Part shown: positions 1 through 11,400 of the stretch, piece after piece
Position numbering within the stretch: the stretch's first letter is position 1
Layout: every line of letters starts with the position of its first letter
IMG/VR virus record: IMGVR_UViG_3300017613_000561
Span: 1 to 64,000 of that record
Direction: 5' to 3' (one strand)
DNA from: a virus
DNA length: 64,000 bases
Notes under the pieces: generated by a model
What the model was told of the DNA's origin: nothing
What the model saw: the letters and a program-made list of their open reading frames with translations, nothing else
The model's database searches: none
Position numbers and translations under genes: made by a program

Positions 1-17
1 CAGGGTGGTGATTACTA

Positions 18-1541
18 ATGAGAGGGGGTGGGCCTAAGGGGTTGTCCCAGCCCAGAAGAAATTTAGGTTCTCCAACTACCATGGTGGAGAAGCCTGATGA
101 TGAGCACTCTTATGGTATGTGTCGGTTTGAGTACACTGCAGGTGATCAGTACTCCAAGAATGCTGGCTTTGACCCTTTTTATGAATATGTTTACCAGAGT
201 GCCCATAATGTTGGAGACGCAGGTTGGATAATAGATCTGGGGACAGAAGAACAGCTGGGTTGGGTATCTGTAGCCTCAGATCCTGTAGGGGACAATGGGG
301 TATATGAAGAGCTGTTTCTATGGTGGTCCCACGATAAGGTGCGGTGGTATAAGCAGCCTGGGAACCATAACCACCACAGGCATTACAGTACTGCTGGTGG
401 GCCGCATAACAACATTTACATGTACTGCCACATCCAGCAGCCAGTACAGAAGGCCAGATACTGGAAGATAACCTTCCCTGATTTCGACTCAGACTATGAT
501 GATGACTACATTCACACCACCAAGTTAACGGTGGGCCTAGTCCGTAACGATAATGTTTTGGTGGACGTGTTTCGGGAGCAGGCAGAACAGTTGTACCCTA
601 GCAGCTTTGACTATTATCACACCCCTCGTCAGATGCATGTAGGGCAGTGCTTTAACTGTGGTTGGCCCCCAGAGTTTATCTGGAACAACATGATGGCAGA
701 TGAAGGGTCCCATACGTCCAGGGAAGGGGCTAAGTACTGGACTGCTCTGGTGGATATGAAGGTACAGAGGGCTAGTAATGACTACTGGGATAAGCAAGAG
801 ATCACCCAGCTGCTAAAGAACGGGTTTACGATCCAGGAGGCGTTCACAGGCCCTGATACTGGGGACACCTATACTATCAATGGGAAGTACTATGGGGGTG
901 GCCCTACGTACCTGTATGATTATCGTATGTGGTGCTGGAGGACTGAGCGGAGCAATAATATTCATGTTGGGCAGCAGTACCTGTTAGAGTCTGTTAAGAC
1001 ATGGCACTCACTGGGGGACGTACCTGATTTCGCCATAGTAACCTCGTCAGGGGAGCAGGCGGGGTGGCAGATAGTACATAAGGATCTACCGGCTGCTATC
1101 TTACGGATGAGTTATAGCGCCAACTCTGAACAAAGTACCTTGGTCGCAGAGGATCTGGGGTTTGATGAGGAGTATGTATATCACTATCCCACGTTGCTAA
1201 ATAGGCATATGCTGTTGGCTAGGAACAGTACCGGAAGACAGCACTTTGGGAGCTATACCGGTAATGGGTCAGCCTCAGGACCGTCTATAACGGCTCCTGG
1301 GTTCCAGCCTGATGTCATAATGATATTCAAGCCTGAGGCCGCTAATGATAATGACATGTACATGTGGGACCGAGATTTTGAGGCTACTACTGGAGCCTGT
1401 TGGAAGGGGGCTAATCAGTACCATGTAGAGTCGCCCCCATCCTTAGCCTTTGCTGCCTCGGGGTTTACCATCTCCGATGCTGGGGATGAAATCAATGAAT
1501 CTGGGATCATATTTTATTACGCAGTATGGAAGATGGATTGA
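18..1541 (+). CDS. virion/tail-associated protein
   Basis: 507 aa; N-terminal discoidin-like segment (WIIDLG...ARYWKI); C-terminal GSYTGNG..GFQPDVIMI motif common in phage tail-fibre tips. Confidence 0.6.
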   Translation: MRGGGPKGLSQPRRNLGSPTTMVEKPDDEHSYGMCRFEYTAGDQYSKNAGFDPFYEYVYQSAHNVGDAGWIIDLGTEEQLGWVSVASDPVGDNGVYEELFLWWSHDKVRWYKQPGNHNHHRHYSTAGGPHNNIYMYCHIQQPVQKARYWKITFPDFDSDYDDDYIHTTKLTVGLVRNDNVLVDVFREQAEQLYPSSFDYYHTPRQMHVGQCFNCGWPPEFIWNNMMADEGSHTSREGAKYWTALVDMKVQRASNDYWDKQEITQLLKNGFTIQEAFTGPDTGDTYTINGKYYGGGPTYLYDYRMWCWRTERSNNIHVGQQYLLESVKTWHSLGDVPDFAIVTSSGEQAGWQIVHKDLPAAILRMSYSANSEQSTLVAEDLGFDEEYVYHYPTLLNRHMLLARNSTGRQHFGSYTGNGSASGPSITAPGFQPDVIMIFKPEAANDNDMYMWDRDFEATTGACWKGANQYHVESPPSLAFAASGFTISDAGDEINESGIIFYYAVWKMD

Positions 1542-1544
1542 GTT

Positions 1545-2018
1545 ATGTATGGACCGTCAGGATTTGTTAGGGGGTTGCCCGTAAAGAGGGAGTATAATTC
1601 TATGCATAGGAGTGGCCCCCATCTGTATTGGCGGGTTAGGTTTCTGAGTACAGAGTTGTCGGCCTTTGATGACGATCTGGACCCTCAGAAAGAAGCAGCC
1701 TTGAGGAACGTATATTTCTATGATGGTGCAGGGAACGAGATATCAGATGAGGCAGAGATCAATTTCAGCCTTACCTGGACAGAGAATGAAGCCAAGGACT
1801 TTGGGGTAGGAGAGGACCGTATTTATTGGGCCAAGTTCCCCCGGCCGGTGTATGTGCCTTCCTATGCAGTGTATGGTAGGTACTTTAGAAATAATTGGGT
1901 GCTGGAGTTCTCGAATGATAACCGGGTGTGGATTGTGGCACACAAGGCGTACTGCCAGGATATTATAGATGCAGGTGATTATGATACCTACGTGACGCAC
2001 ACATACGAGGTGGTTTAG
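1545..2018 (+). CDS. discoidin/F5-8-like tail-associated protein
   Basis: YWRVRF...WVLEFSNDNRVW pattern; located in structural module. Confidence 0.5.
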   Translation: MYGPSGFVRGLPVKREYNSMHRSGPHLYWRVRFLSTELSAFDDDLDPQKEAALRNVYFYDGAGNEISDEAEINFSLTWTENEAKDFGVGEDRIYWAKFPRPVYVPSYAVYGRYFRNNWVLEFSNDNRVWIVAHKAYCQDIIDAGDYDTYVTHTYEVV

Positions 2019-3622
2019 TGGCTACACAGTTATTCAGAAATAATGTAATTACTGCTTTATCAGCTGACTTGAGTACGGGCGGGACCACGGTTAATCTGGC
2101 TCCAGGGGGCGGAGACCTGTTCCCTTCTCCTAGTGCAGGTCAGTATTTCTTAGCTACTATACATACAGTCACCTATGACCAGTGGGAAGTTATCAAGGTA
2201 ACCTCCACGTCTGGGGATACGTTTACCAATGTTGAGAGGGGGTATGAAGGTACGCAGTACAGCTGGCAGATAGACCATTATGTGTCCATGAATGTGACGA
2301 AGGACACACTTGACAGGATTAGGGACAACACTCAGGTAGCAAGAACCAAGTCGGATAATGCTGTGGTACAGGTGGATTCGATAATTAGTTTGGCGGTCAG
2401 TATGGCTGATCTTGCAGTCACCTATACTAGTGAACCGGGAAGCACCTACGTTCCAGATGTTTCTGATAGCAATGTGCACCATATAGTCCTGGAAGAAAAT
2501 ATCACCATGGACTTGCCAGTTTGGGATCTGACCGGGAATAGGCAGGCTCTGTACCTGTATGTGAGGTCTAACAACTACACAGCATCGTGGGATTCAGGTT
2601 ATACCTGGATAGGAAGTGCGCCCACCTTTACGGGGGATAATACCTATGTTGTGGAGGTGTTCACCATAGATGCTGGTGGTAAGAGTTACGCTAAGCTGGT
2701 GGAGACCTTATCGGTGCACTCGGGTGCACCACCGGTAGCGTTCTACGGGTATGCTTTTGGTCTTGATGAGAACAATCAAGGTATAGACAAGATAAATCTG
2801 CTGACCCACACCCTGACCAATAAGTACCTTACAGATGAGTTTTACGACAGTGCTGGAGATGCTTTAGATTTTGGTTTGATGGGGACAGGCGTAGTAACTA
2901 ATAGATCTACTGCTCTGTACATCTTTGCAGGAAGGTATTGGGATAGTTCCTGGTACTACACAAGATCAGTGACCAAGTTTTTACTGGCTACTGAGGTGAT
3001 GTCCTACCTGTCCAGCATTGTTGATGACCAGTACTATATGAGTGCCAGCGGAGCCCATGACCAATCGACAGGAGATATGTACCTGAACTCAGGCACTGAC
3101 AGTACCAGCCTGGAGTTCCATAAGTTAAGCGCATCGGAGTCCCTGTCCATTGAGTCTAATGCCCAGAACTTTGACCACCCCAGAAACTCCCTGATGTCTG
3201 ACGATGGGACCAAGTGTTACATTGTTGGAGGCTTCACCAACCCTACCAAGTGGGACAAGTTTGTATTTGCCACCGGAGTGTTTACGGATGTGGCCGCAGT
3301 TGGGGCGAACATTTACTCGGCCCTAGCGGTAGGTAACGATAACTCTGGAACAAAGGCGTGGTACTGGGGATTCAACTCTGATCATCGGATATTTACGTTT
3401 GCCACGGATGTAGAAGCTGCGGCTTCAGGGCAGGATGATATTGGGTCAATCACCAGTGATGGTAAGGGTGGGTTTAACGACACACAGGTATACTGTGCAT
3501 TAGCAATACCTTTTGGTGGTAGGCTTTGGAATTACAACACTGATACCATGTCAACGGAAACAGGGTTGAACGCTACGGATCACGGAACAGTAGGATACGG
3601 AACAGATTATGCCCACACTTAA
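2018..3622 (+). CDS. tail fibre/tail-associated protein
   Basis: GTG start; N-terminal FRNNVITAL...EVIKVT...VERGYEGT tail-anchor motif; beta-rich propeller-like C-terminus. Confidence 0.65.
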   Translation: MATQLFRNNVITALSADLSTGGTTVNLAPGGGDLFPSPSAGQYFLATIHTVTYDQWEVIKVTSTSGDTFTNVERGYEGTQYSWQIDHYVSMNVTKDTLDRIRDNTQVARTKSDNAVVQVDSIISLAVSMADLAVTYTSEPGSTYVPDVSDSNVHHIVLEENITMDLPVWDLTGNRQALYLYVRSNNYTASWDSGYTWIGSAPTFTGDNTYVVEVFTIDAGGKSYAKLVETLSVHSGAPPVAFYGYAFGLDENNQGIDKINLLTHTLTNKYLTDEFYDSAGDALDFGLMGTGVVTNRSTALYIFAGRYWDSSWYYTRSVTKFLLATEVMSYLSSIVDDQYYMSASGAHDQSTGDMYLNSGTDSTSLEFHKLSASESLSIESNAQNFDHPRNSLMSDDGTKCYIVGGFTNPTKWDKFVFATGVFTDVAAVGANIYSALAVGNDNSGTKAWYWGFNSDHRIFTFATDVEAAASGQDDIGSITSDGKGGFNDTQVYCALAIPFGGRLWNYNTDTMSTETGLNATDHGTVGYGTDYAHT

Positions 3623-4331
3623 GAAAGAACAGCTAGATAAGTACCTGGATGCCTGTGCTCAGCCACAGTCCAACTATGCCATTGAGCATCTGATTGATGG
3701 AGCCCAGCTGACCCCTGAGAGGCGGTTCCGGCAGGCGGTGATAGAACTGAACTCTGCGGAGAACGCACTTAGGAGCTTGGAGCAGGACTTTGCAGAGGCC
3801 AACTTGGATCTGGAGGCCACAGAACACAAGGCCAGATTAATTGGGTATGCAGCATGGCTGTCCACAGCATTCAAAATGGTGGATTTGGCTATCAGGCATC
3901 AACAGAATGCACTTAAGTTCAAAAGAATAAAGGTAGAGCGGCTGTCCAGGTCTTTGTTGGGTCGTCAACGAGAAATGGAAGCGCACTTGAAAGCCCTAGT
4001 AAAATACCAGGAAGAACTGGGGTTTACAGAAGATACTCCTGCCGAGGCAATATATGAGAGGTTGCAAGCAGCTGAGGGGAGGCACTATGCTACTAAGCTA
4101 TCCTTGGATGCAGCGGCACAGATAGTAGCTGCCCGGGGTGGGCCACATATGGGGGTGTTACTGGCTATGCAGCAGTTGCCACCGGAGGATATAGGTAGAG
4201 TGACTGGGTTGGTGGAGAAATTACTTAAGGCCCTGAGTAATAATGAACATGTTCCTGGTCTGCATGACCGGGAGGACTTTTTTAAATTGTTGGCGGGTGA
4301 CACCGCTAAACTGGAAAACAAAGACTCTTAG
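3609..4331 (+). CDS. coiled-coil protein, possible tail-fibre chaperone
   Basis: helical/coiled-coil composition; overlaps end of the fibre gene. Confidence 0.45.
   Translation: MPTLKKEQLDKYLDACAQPQSNYAIEHLIDGAQLTPERRFRQAVIELNSAENALRSLEQDFAEANLDLEATEHKARLIGYAAWLSTAFKMVDLAIRHQQNALKFKRIKVERLSRSLLGRQREMEAHLKALVKYQEELGFTEDTPAEAIYERLQAAEGRHYATKLSLDAAAQIVAARGGPHMGVLLAMQQLPPEDIGRVTGLVEKLLKALSNNEHVPGLHDREDFFKLLAGDTAKLENKDS
3909..3920. repeat. palindrome family, variant GCACTTAAGTTC
   Basis: 1 mismatch; T/A flanks. Confidence 0.6.
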
Positions 4332-4353
4332 AGTCCTACCGTGAGGCAATGCC

Positions 4354-4815
4354 ATGGCAACAACAACTTGTGATTTTGATTATTACGAAAACTTCTATAA
4401 GCACCAAGGCGCAGGCCACATAGAGCTAGATGCAGGCTCTTTCGGTATGCTCTTATGCACATCCACCTATACCCCGGATTTGGATGCCGATGAGTTTGTT
4501 GATGATCTTACCAACGAAGTTACAGGCAACGGGTACGCTAGAAAAATTCTTACAGGTGTTACGTACACAGAGGTTGGACCCAACGGTAAATATAAATTTG
4601 ATTCGGTAGATCCAGTATGGACCGCATCAGGAGGGTCGATTACCGCGCACTATTGGGTACTCTATTATGAAACTCCGGGTTCAGACGCTACTAGACATCT
4701 TATTGCTGTTGGCCTTCTTGATGTTACTGCTGGGGGAACTGATGTGGTAACCGCTGATGGGGAAACCCTCACCTTCCAGGTCAATGCAGATGGGCACTTC
4801 ACCGTAGGCGGTTAA
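4354..4815 (+). CDS. virion structural protein (tail-associated)
   Basis: EVTGNGYARK..L, FDSVDPVWTASGGSI pattern typical of small phage tail proteins; GAGG RBS. Confidence 0.65.
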   Translation: MATTTCDFDYYENFYKHQGAGHIELDAGSFGMLLCTSTYTPDLDADEFVDDLTNEVTGNGYARKILTGVTYTEVGPNGKYKFDSVDPVWTASGGSITAHYWVLYYETPGSDATRHLIAVGLLDVTAGGTDVVTADGETLTFQVNADGHFTVGG

Positions 4816-4816
4816 T

Positions 4817-5470
4817 ATGGCTACTGAAGCTAATTTTGTTAATACTACGACCAACTCTACTACCAGCATAGCGGCTACCACTGTAGTTGTGGTTGCAGCA
4901 TCATCTCCGTTTAATTCCCCCATAGATCCGAGTGGGGATACGGCTACGTTGATATTGCTGGATGATCCAGATACTCCGACTAAGTTAGAGATCATTACCT
5001 ATACCGGTAGGACAGGGGCAGGCCCGTACACGCTTACGGGAGTAACGAAAGGCGTGGATGGTACTTCGGATCAATCTTGGGCATCAGGTAGTCATGTTAT
5101 TCAAACTCCTACTGCTGCTTTAATTGCGTCATTGTATAAGAATGGGGGAGTACTTACTTCTTACGGGGAGACAGAAGTAGCTAAAGGTTCTGTATCAGGA
5201 GCACAGACGTTTAACACCGCTAATGGCAACATGTTTTCCCTTACCGCTACGGGAGCTATTACCCTTACCTTTACCAATGCCTTCGACACTACGGGGTTCA
5301 CTGTAATTGTTACGAACGCGGGAACGAATCTTACCTTCCCTGCATCCGTAGAGTGGGCGGGAGGTACAGCACCTACCCTGACGACTACGGGGGTGGATAT
5401 ACTTTCGTTTATAACCAATGATGGAGGCACTACTTGGTATGGATTCTTGGGGGGGGCTGACTTCTCATGA
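4817..5470 (+). CDS. tail fibre-related protein
   Basis: EIITYTG...GVTKGVDGT anchor and FPASVEWAGGTAPTLT..GVDILSF C-terminal motif. Confidence 0.65.
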   Translation: MATEANFVNTTTNSTTSIAATTVVVVAASSPFNSPIDPSGDTATLILLDDPDTPTKLEIITYTGRTGAGPYTLTGVTKGVDGTSDQSWASGSHVIQTPTAALIASLYKNGGVLTSYGETEVAKGSVSGAQTFNTANGNMFSLTATGAITLTFTNAFDTTGFTVIVTNAGTNLTFPASVEWAGGTAPTLTTTGVDILSFITNDGGTTWYGFLGGADFS

Positions 5471-8400
5471 TGTACCGTTTGGTTGTTATTGCAGCATCTA
5501 ATATTGGCGGGGGCGAGCCACCAGGACCATCATCTGAGTATTATTATGATTTGGTTATATCCGACCTTCCTGCTGGTTATTGGAGGTTGGGGGAGGGGGC
5601 CACACAAATACGTCCAGCTCTTATATGGTTAAGGGGTGATGCTACTACATACCATAATTATGATTTTACGTTCCTCACATCATATAATGATAGCGGGGAT
5701 GATTATGTAAAGAATAATAACGGATCGACTAATCTCATAACTCTCGATACAGCAGTAACTACTAGTGAATACACGTTTGAGTTCTGGATTCAATCTAAAA
5801 GTATATCCAGTAATGAGGTACTTCTCGGTATATTAAATACCGCTGAAACTGTAGTCGTAGCATTCCAGTTCTATAGTGGAAACCTCTATTTTTATAATGA
5901 AAGTGGATCTTATGTCAATGTAGATACGTTAGCTAATTTAGGTTTTGTAAATAACACATGGACTCATGTAGCTGCTGTAAGAACCTCCACAGACCTTGAT
6001 TTATATATTAATGGTACGCACGAACATAATACAACGGTATCCGGCACATACCAGATTGCGAAGCTTAGAACACAACACACCGCTGCTGCAACAGATTGCT
6101 GGTTCACCGATATTAAAATATCAGAAGAGGCTGTATATACGGATGATTTCACTCCTCCAACTAGAAACTCTACTACTAGATTTAGTACGGCAGAGGATAC
6201 CACCACTCACGCTATAGACCAGATAAACACTTTTGATGGTAACTATGTTAATACACCTACTCTTGGTGCTGCTGGGGTTTTAGTAGGGGATTCGGATACT
6301 GCAGTTACTTTTGATGACGCTTCTGATGAATATATAGGCATGGGGGATGTATTAGATTTTGATAATGATGACCCTCTTTCAATAGAGTGTTGGTTTAAGA
6401 CCTCTGTAAGTTCTACTCAGATGTCCCTAATAAGCAAGAATACCCATAATTCTCCATACAACGGGTACGATATATATCAGCACGGTACTAGCAATAAAAT
6501 ATACTTTACTTTGGCAGAAACCACCCCAGGAAACCATATAGGGGTATATACAGACAACACTTACAATGATGGCAATTGGCATCACTTAGTAGTTACGTAT
6601 GACGGTTCTACAAATGCGAGTGGCGTAACTATATATGTTGATGGAGCATCTGTATCTACAACTACCGACTCAGATGATCTGGGGGGTACTACCGTAAATA
6701 CCTACTCGTTTAATATCGCTAGTAGAAATGACGGGCAGTACACTTTCGATGGTTCTATGGATGAAGTAGCTGTTTATACCCATGTGCTTACTCCTGCTCA
6801 AGTAAAAGATCATTATATTGCAGGTAAATATGAAGTACAGGAGTACGCCTACTATGTATTATTATCAGACCCTGTTGCATATTGGAGGTTAGGAGAATCT
6901 GCTGGAACAAATGCTAAAGATCTTCTAGGTAATTACAATGGTACGTATACAAACACCCCCACACTAGGCGCTACAGGTGCCTTAATTGATGATTTGGATA
7001 CTGCAGTAACTTTTGATGACGCTTCTTCGGAATACGTCACCATGGGTGATGTTTTAGATTTTGATAAAGATGATCCTTTCTCTTTAGAGTGCTGGTTTAA
7101 AACCTCTACTAGCGGTAGTTACCAGATGCTGGTGACAAAACAAAATAATACAACAACATTAGGTTACGCTATATATCAACATAGTAGTAATGAATTAGAA
7201 TTTGTTTTAGGGAACGCCGTAGCGAATTATATTGTTGTAGATACTGATACTACTTATAACGATAATAATTGGCATCACTGTGTAGCTACTTATGATGGCT
7301 CTGAAGATGCTGGTGGGGTCACGATCTACGTTGATGGTGTTGCTGTAGCTACGACTACTGTTGCAAATAATTTAACGGGTACTACATTAAGCAGTCATCC
7401 ACTTTTAATTGGGGCTAGACAAAGTACATCCTATCCGTGGGATGGCTCCATAGATGAAGTCGCAGTTTATGATTATGCTTTACCTGCAACACAATCCTGG
7501 AAACATTTTTATTTCGGTAAACATGGATTTTTATTTAACCTATATGAAGATGTTATAAAAGCAGATACCCCATTAGCTTATTGGAGGTTGGGGGAGAGTA
7601 GTGGGACTGTTGCTGTAGATAGTATAGGTCCCTATCCTGGCACTTACACAGGCACTATCATAGTAAATAATGCAGGTGCTCTTGCTAATGACGTAGATAC
7701 TGCGGCAGATTTTGGTGCAGCAGCAGGCCACATAGATATGGGAGATGTTTTAGACTTTGCTTCTAGTGATCGTTTCAGTTTAGAGGCATGGTTTAAAACA
7801 AGTAGTAGTAGTAGCCAAGGTATTATAGGTAAATTTGATACTAAAGGTTATTTGATACAAATATCTTCTGGTACGATATATCAGTATATAAGAGTTACTA
7901 CCACTACTAATGAAATACGTAAAGTTTCTGTTAAAACCTTTAATGATGGCAATTGGCATCATTGTGTAGTTACGTATGACGGTAGTTCGGATGCTTCTGG
8001 TTTACTTCTATATGTAGATGGGCATGTTGCAGAATGCACTGCTACTTATGATACTTTGACAGGGGATATGAGTAACAGTACGGATCTTAATGTAGGTGCT
8101 TTTAATGCAGGATCTAAGTTCAGAGGCTTGTTGGATGAGGTTGCAATTTATGGTTATACCCTAGACGCATCACAGGTATATCACCATTATCTAGTGGGTA
8201 GTGAGGGGCGTGTACCTACAACCTACGATGCTGTTATTAAGTCAGATCTCCCGGTAGCGTATTGGAGGTTGGGGGAAACCACTGGAACTGTGGCATTTGA
8301 CCAGACGGGTACCTATAACGGTACATACACTAATACCCCGACACTGGCAGCAGGAGGAGCCCTTTTTGAAGATGCCAGCACTTCGGTAGTCTTTGACGAG

Positions 8401-11400
8401 GCTTCTGATGAATATATCACCATGGGTGATGTTCTTGATTTTGAAAGAACAGATTCTTTTTCTATAGCATGTTGGTTTAAAACATCAACTACTGGCACAA
8501 CTCAGATGTTGATTAGTAAAAATCTTAGTAGTGGCACGTACAGGGGTTATGCTATATATCAATCTAGTACTGATGATACTTTGTATTTTAAACTTAGGAG
8601 TGATAATACAGGTGCTAACCAACTAGATATAAAAACGGATAATACGTATAACGATGGCGAGTGGCATCATTGTGTGCTTACCTATGATGGTAGTTCGGAT
8701 GCTAAGGGCGCATATTTTTATATTGATGGTGTTCTTGTAGATACTACTATAGGAGATAACGGACTATCTACTACTACGATTAACAGTATAAATTTTCAAA
8801 TTGGGGCACGTAACGGCACTAACTTTCCTTGGGATGGCTCCATTGATGAAGTAGCTGTTTTTGATTATGCGCTTACCCACGAGAAGATTAAAAAGCACTA
8901 CAGCGTTGGTGTTACAGGTTACTTTGGGTATGCATATCAAACAATGTCATCAATACCTAGTGTGTATTGGAGGTTGGGGGATTACCCAGACGTTTCTACT
9001 ATCGCCCGAGATGAGATAAGAACTTTTGACGGGACCTACGGAGGGGTAAACACTTTGGGGGTGCCTGCATTAATATCGGGAGAAAGCGATAAGGCTGTAA
9101 CTTTTGGCGATGCTACAGGGGATTATATATCTGTAAGTACGGGAAATGAAATAGTTAAGACAGACCAACCATTTACTATAAGTTTTTGGTTTTCTTTAAA
9201 CACTTATACTGGCACTAAGTTTATAGCATTAGTACAAGTGGAATCAGATGCAACAGAACCTTATTTGATATTTCTCAGCAACGGGTATCCTGGGTATGCC
9301 GAGATATGTCTGGGGGCCACGGCGAATTGGGCTAAAGGGGATGCTGACCCAGATAGTTCTTTCGTAATTGATACCCTTTACCATATGGTTGTTACTTATA
9401 ACGGCCAAGGTAGTACTACTTTAGGTAATTATGCTCTATATGTAGACGGGGAAGAGATAACGATAACCACCACAAGTGCCTATGGGTCAGTAACTAACCA
9501 AACTATTCTTGCTGATGATGCAGCTAACGCTAACTATATAGATTGCGATGCAACAATAGATGAATTTGTTGTGCTTAGTAAGGAACTAACTGCTTACGAA
9601 GTTAGAAGTCAGTACCTGTTAGGTAAGTACGGTACCCTAAATTATGAACAGACTATTTTAGATTTAAGCCCAGAAGCATACTGGAGAATGGACGAAGCAT
9701 CAGGAGGTCTGTCTGATTCTGTAAACAGCTATGATCTTACCGCCAACGGTACTCCTGTTTATGAAGAAACTGGCTTGCTCTTTAATGACGTAAATAAAGC
9801 TATAACTTTTGATGGTAGCACAGAGTATTTTGAAGCTACAGCTACACCGCCTCTAGGCGCAGATGATGTAAGTGTTTATTCTATAACTTTTTGGATAGAA
9901 ATAGATGTACTCCCTGCAGCAGCAGCTATTATCTATGACCAACGCAGGGATAGCAACGGGGATTCCAATGTTGGTTTCCAGTTAAGAAGTACAGGTGTTT
10001 TTCGATCAGATAAATACCCGCCTTCAGGTTCAGAGTTAGATTCAAATCATGTAGCTACTACAGGAAGACTTTACTTTGTTGTTTATGTAGAAGATGGGTC
10101 AAGTAGAAAAATATATATCAACGGTCAATTAGATAATTCTGATTCTTCTGCAGAAACTTTTACAGGGTCTGATACAGACATGTTTGGTATAGGTGCCAAT
10201 GTTTCTTCCGGCCTGTATAAAGTAGAAGGCACTATAGATGAAATGGCTGTATTTACTTCGGCCCTCACCGCAACAGAAATTAAACATGCATACCTACTTG
10301 GTAAATACAGTAATGCTGGGTATGCGTATGAGATATTAAATATAGATCCTGTTGCATACTGGAGGTTAGGAGAATCTTCAGGGACGGCAGCTAGAGATGA
10401 GACACTCAAACATGACGGTACCTACACGAACACCCCTACTTTAGGGGCTTCAGGAACTTTGGTTGGGGACTTAGATACTGCCGTATCTTTTGATAATAGT
10501 TCTAACGAGTATGTAAGTATTGCAGACCATGTAGATTTAGATGGATTCTCTGCTTTCACTATAATGGCTGTGGTTAAACCGGACAGTGTGACAGGCTCAT
10601 TCGGTATTGTAGGTAAAGGTTCTACGTCAGCATGGGAACTACAATTATACAACTCAGATTTTTATTTCAATATTAACGAGGGTGGTGGTAATTCGATTGC
10701 TGCAGGACTTACGGTAGTTATAGGAACTACTTATTTTATTGTAGGTACTTATGACGGTTCTGATATGTACCTTTATGTTGATGCTATGGAAGAGAACACT
10801 AAATCTTTGACAGGTTCCGTTAATGCTAATGCACAGGCATTAGAGATCGGAAGAATAAGGCAAGACAACACCAAGGATTTTGATGGTGTGATTGATGAAG
10901 TTGCTTTGTTTGATTATGCTGTATCTGCTTCTGTGATTAGAGAGTTACATTGGCAAGGTAAATATAATAATTCTGGTTATGGATATACTATTTATCGAAA
11001 GCGTCCTGCAGTATATCTAAGGTTAGGGGAATCTGCAGGGACCGTTGCACATGATGTAATGGGGAACCAAAACGGTACCTACAACGGTACAGTTACTTTA
11101 GGGGCCACAGGTTTAGTATTTGGGGATTCAGATACAGCTTTAACTACTAACGGTACTGCTACTAATTATTTGTCTACTGGGTATCATGTAGATACTGATA
11201 ATGATTTTAGTATTGTTATGAGTGTAAATCTGGCTTCTGTTGCTGCCGCCACTTCATTCTTTTCTCAAGGGAGTACTAATGATTTCTTGATGTGGATGGA
11301 TGCTGCCGGTGCTACTAGATTCCTGGCTAATAATGCTACCAAGATTACCTGCGCTACTTTTTCTGCAAGCACCACGTATCATATTATGATGGTTAGATCT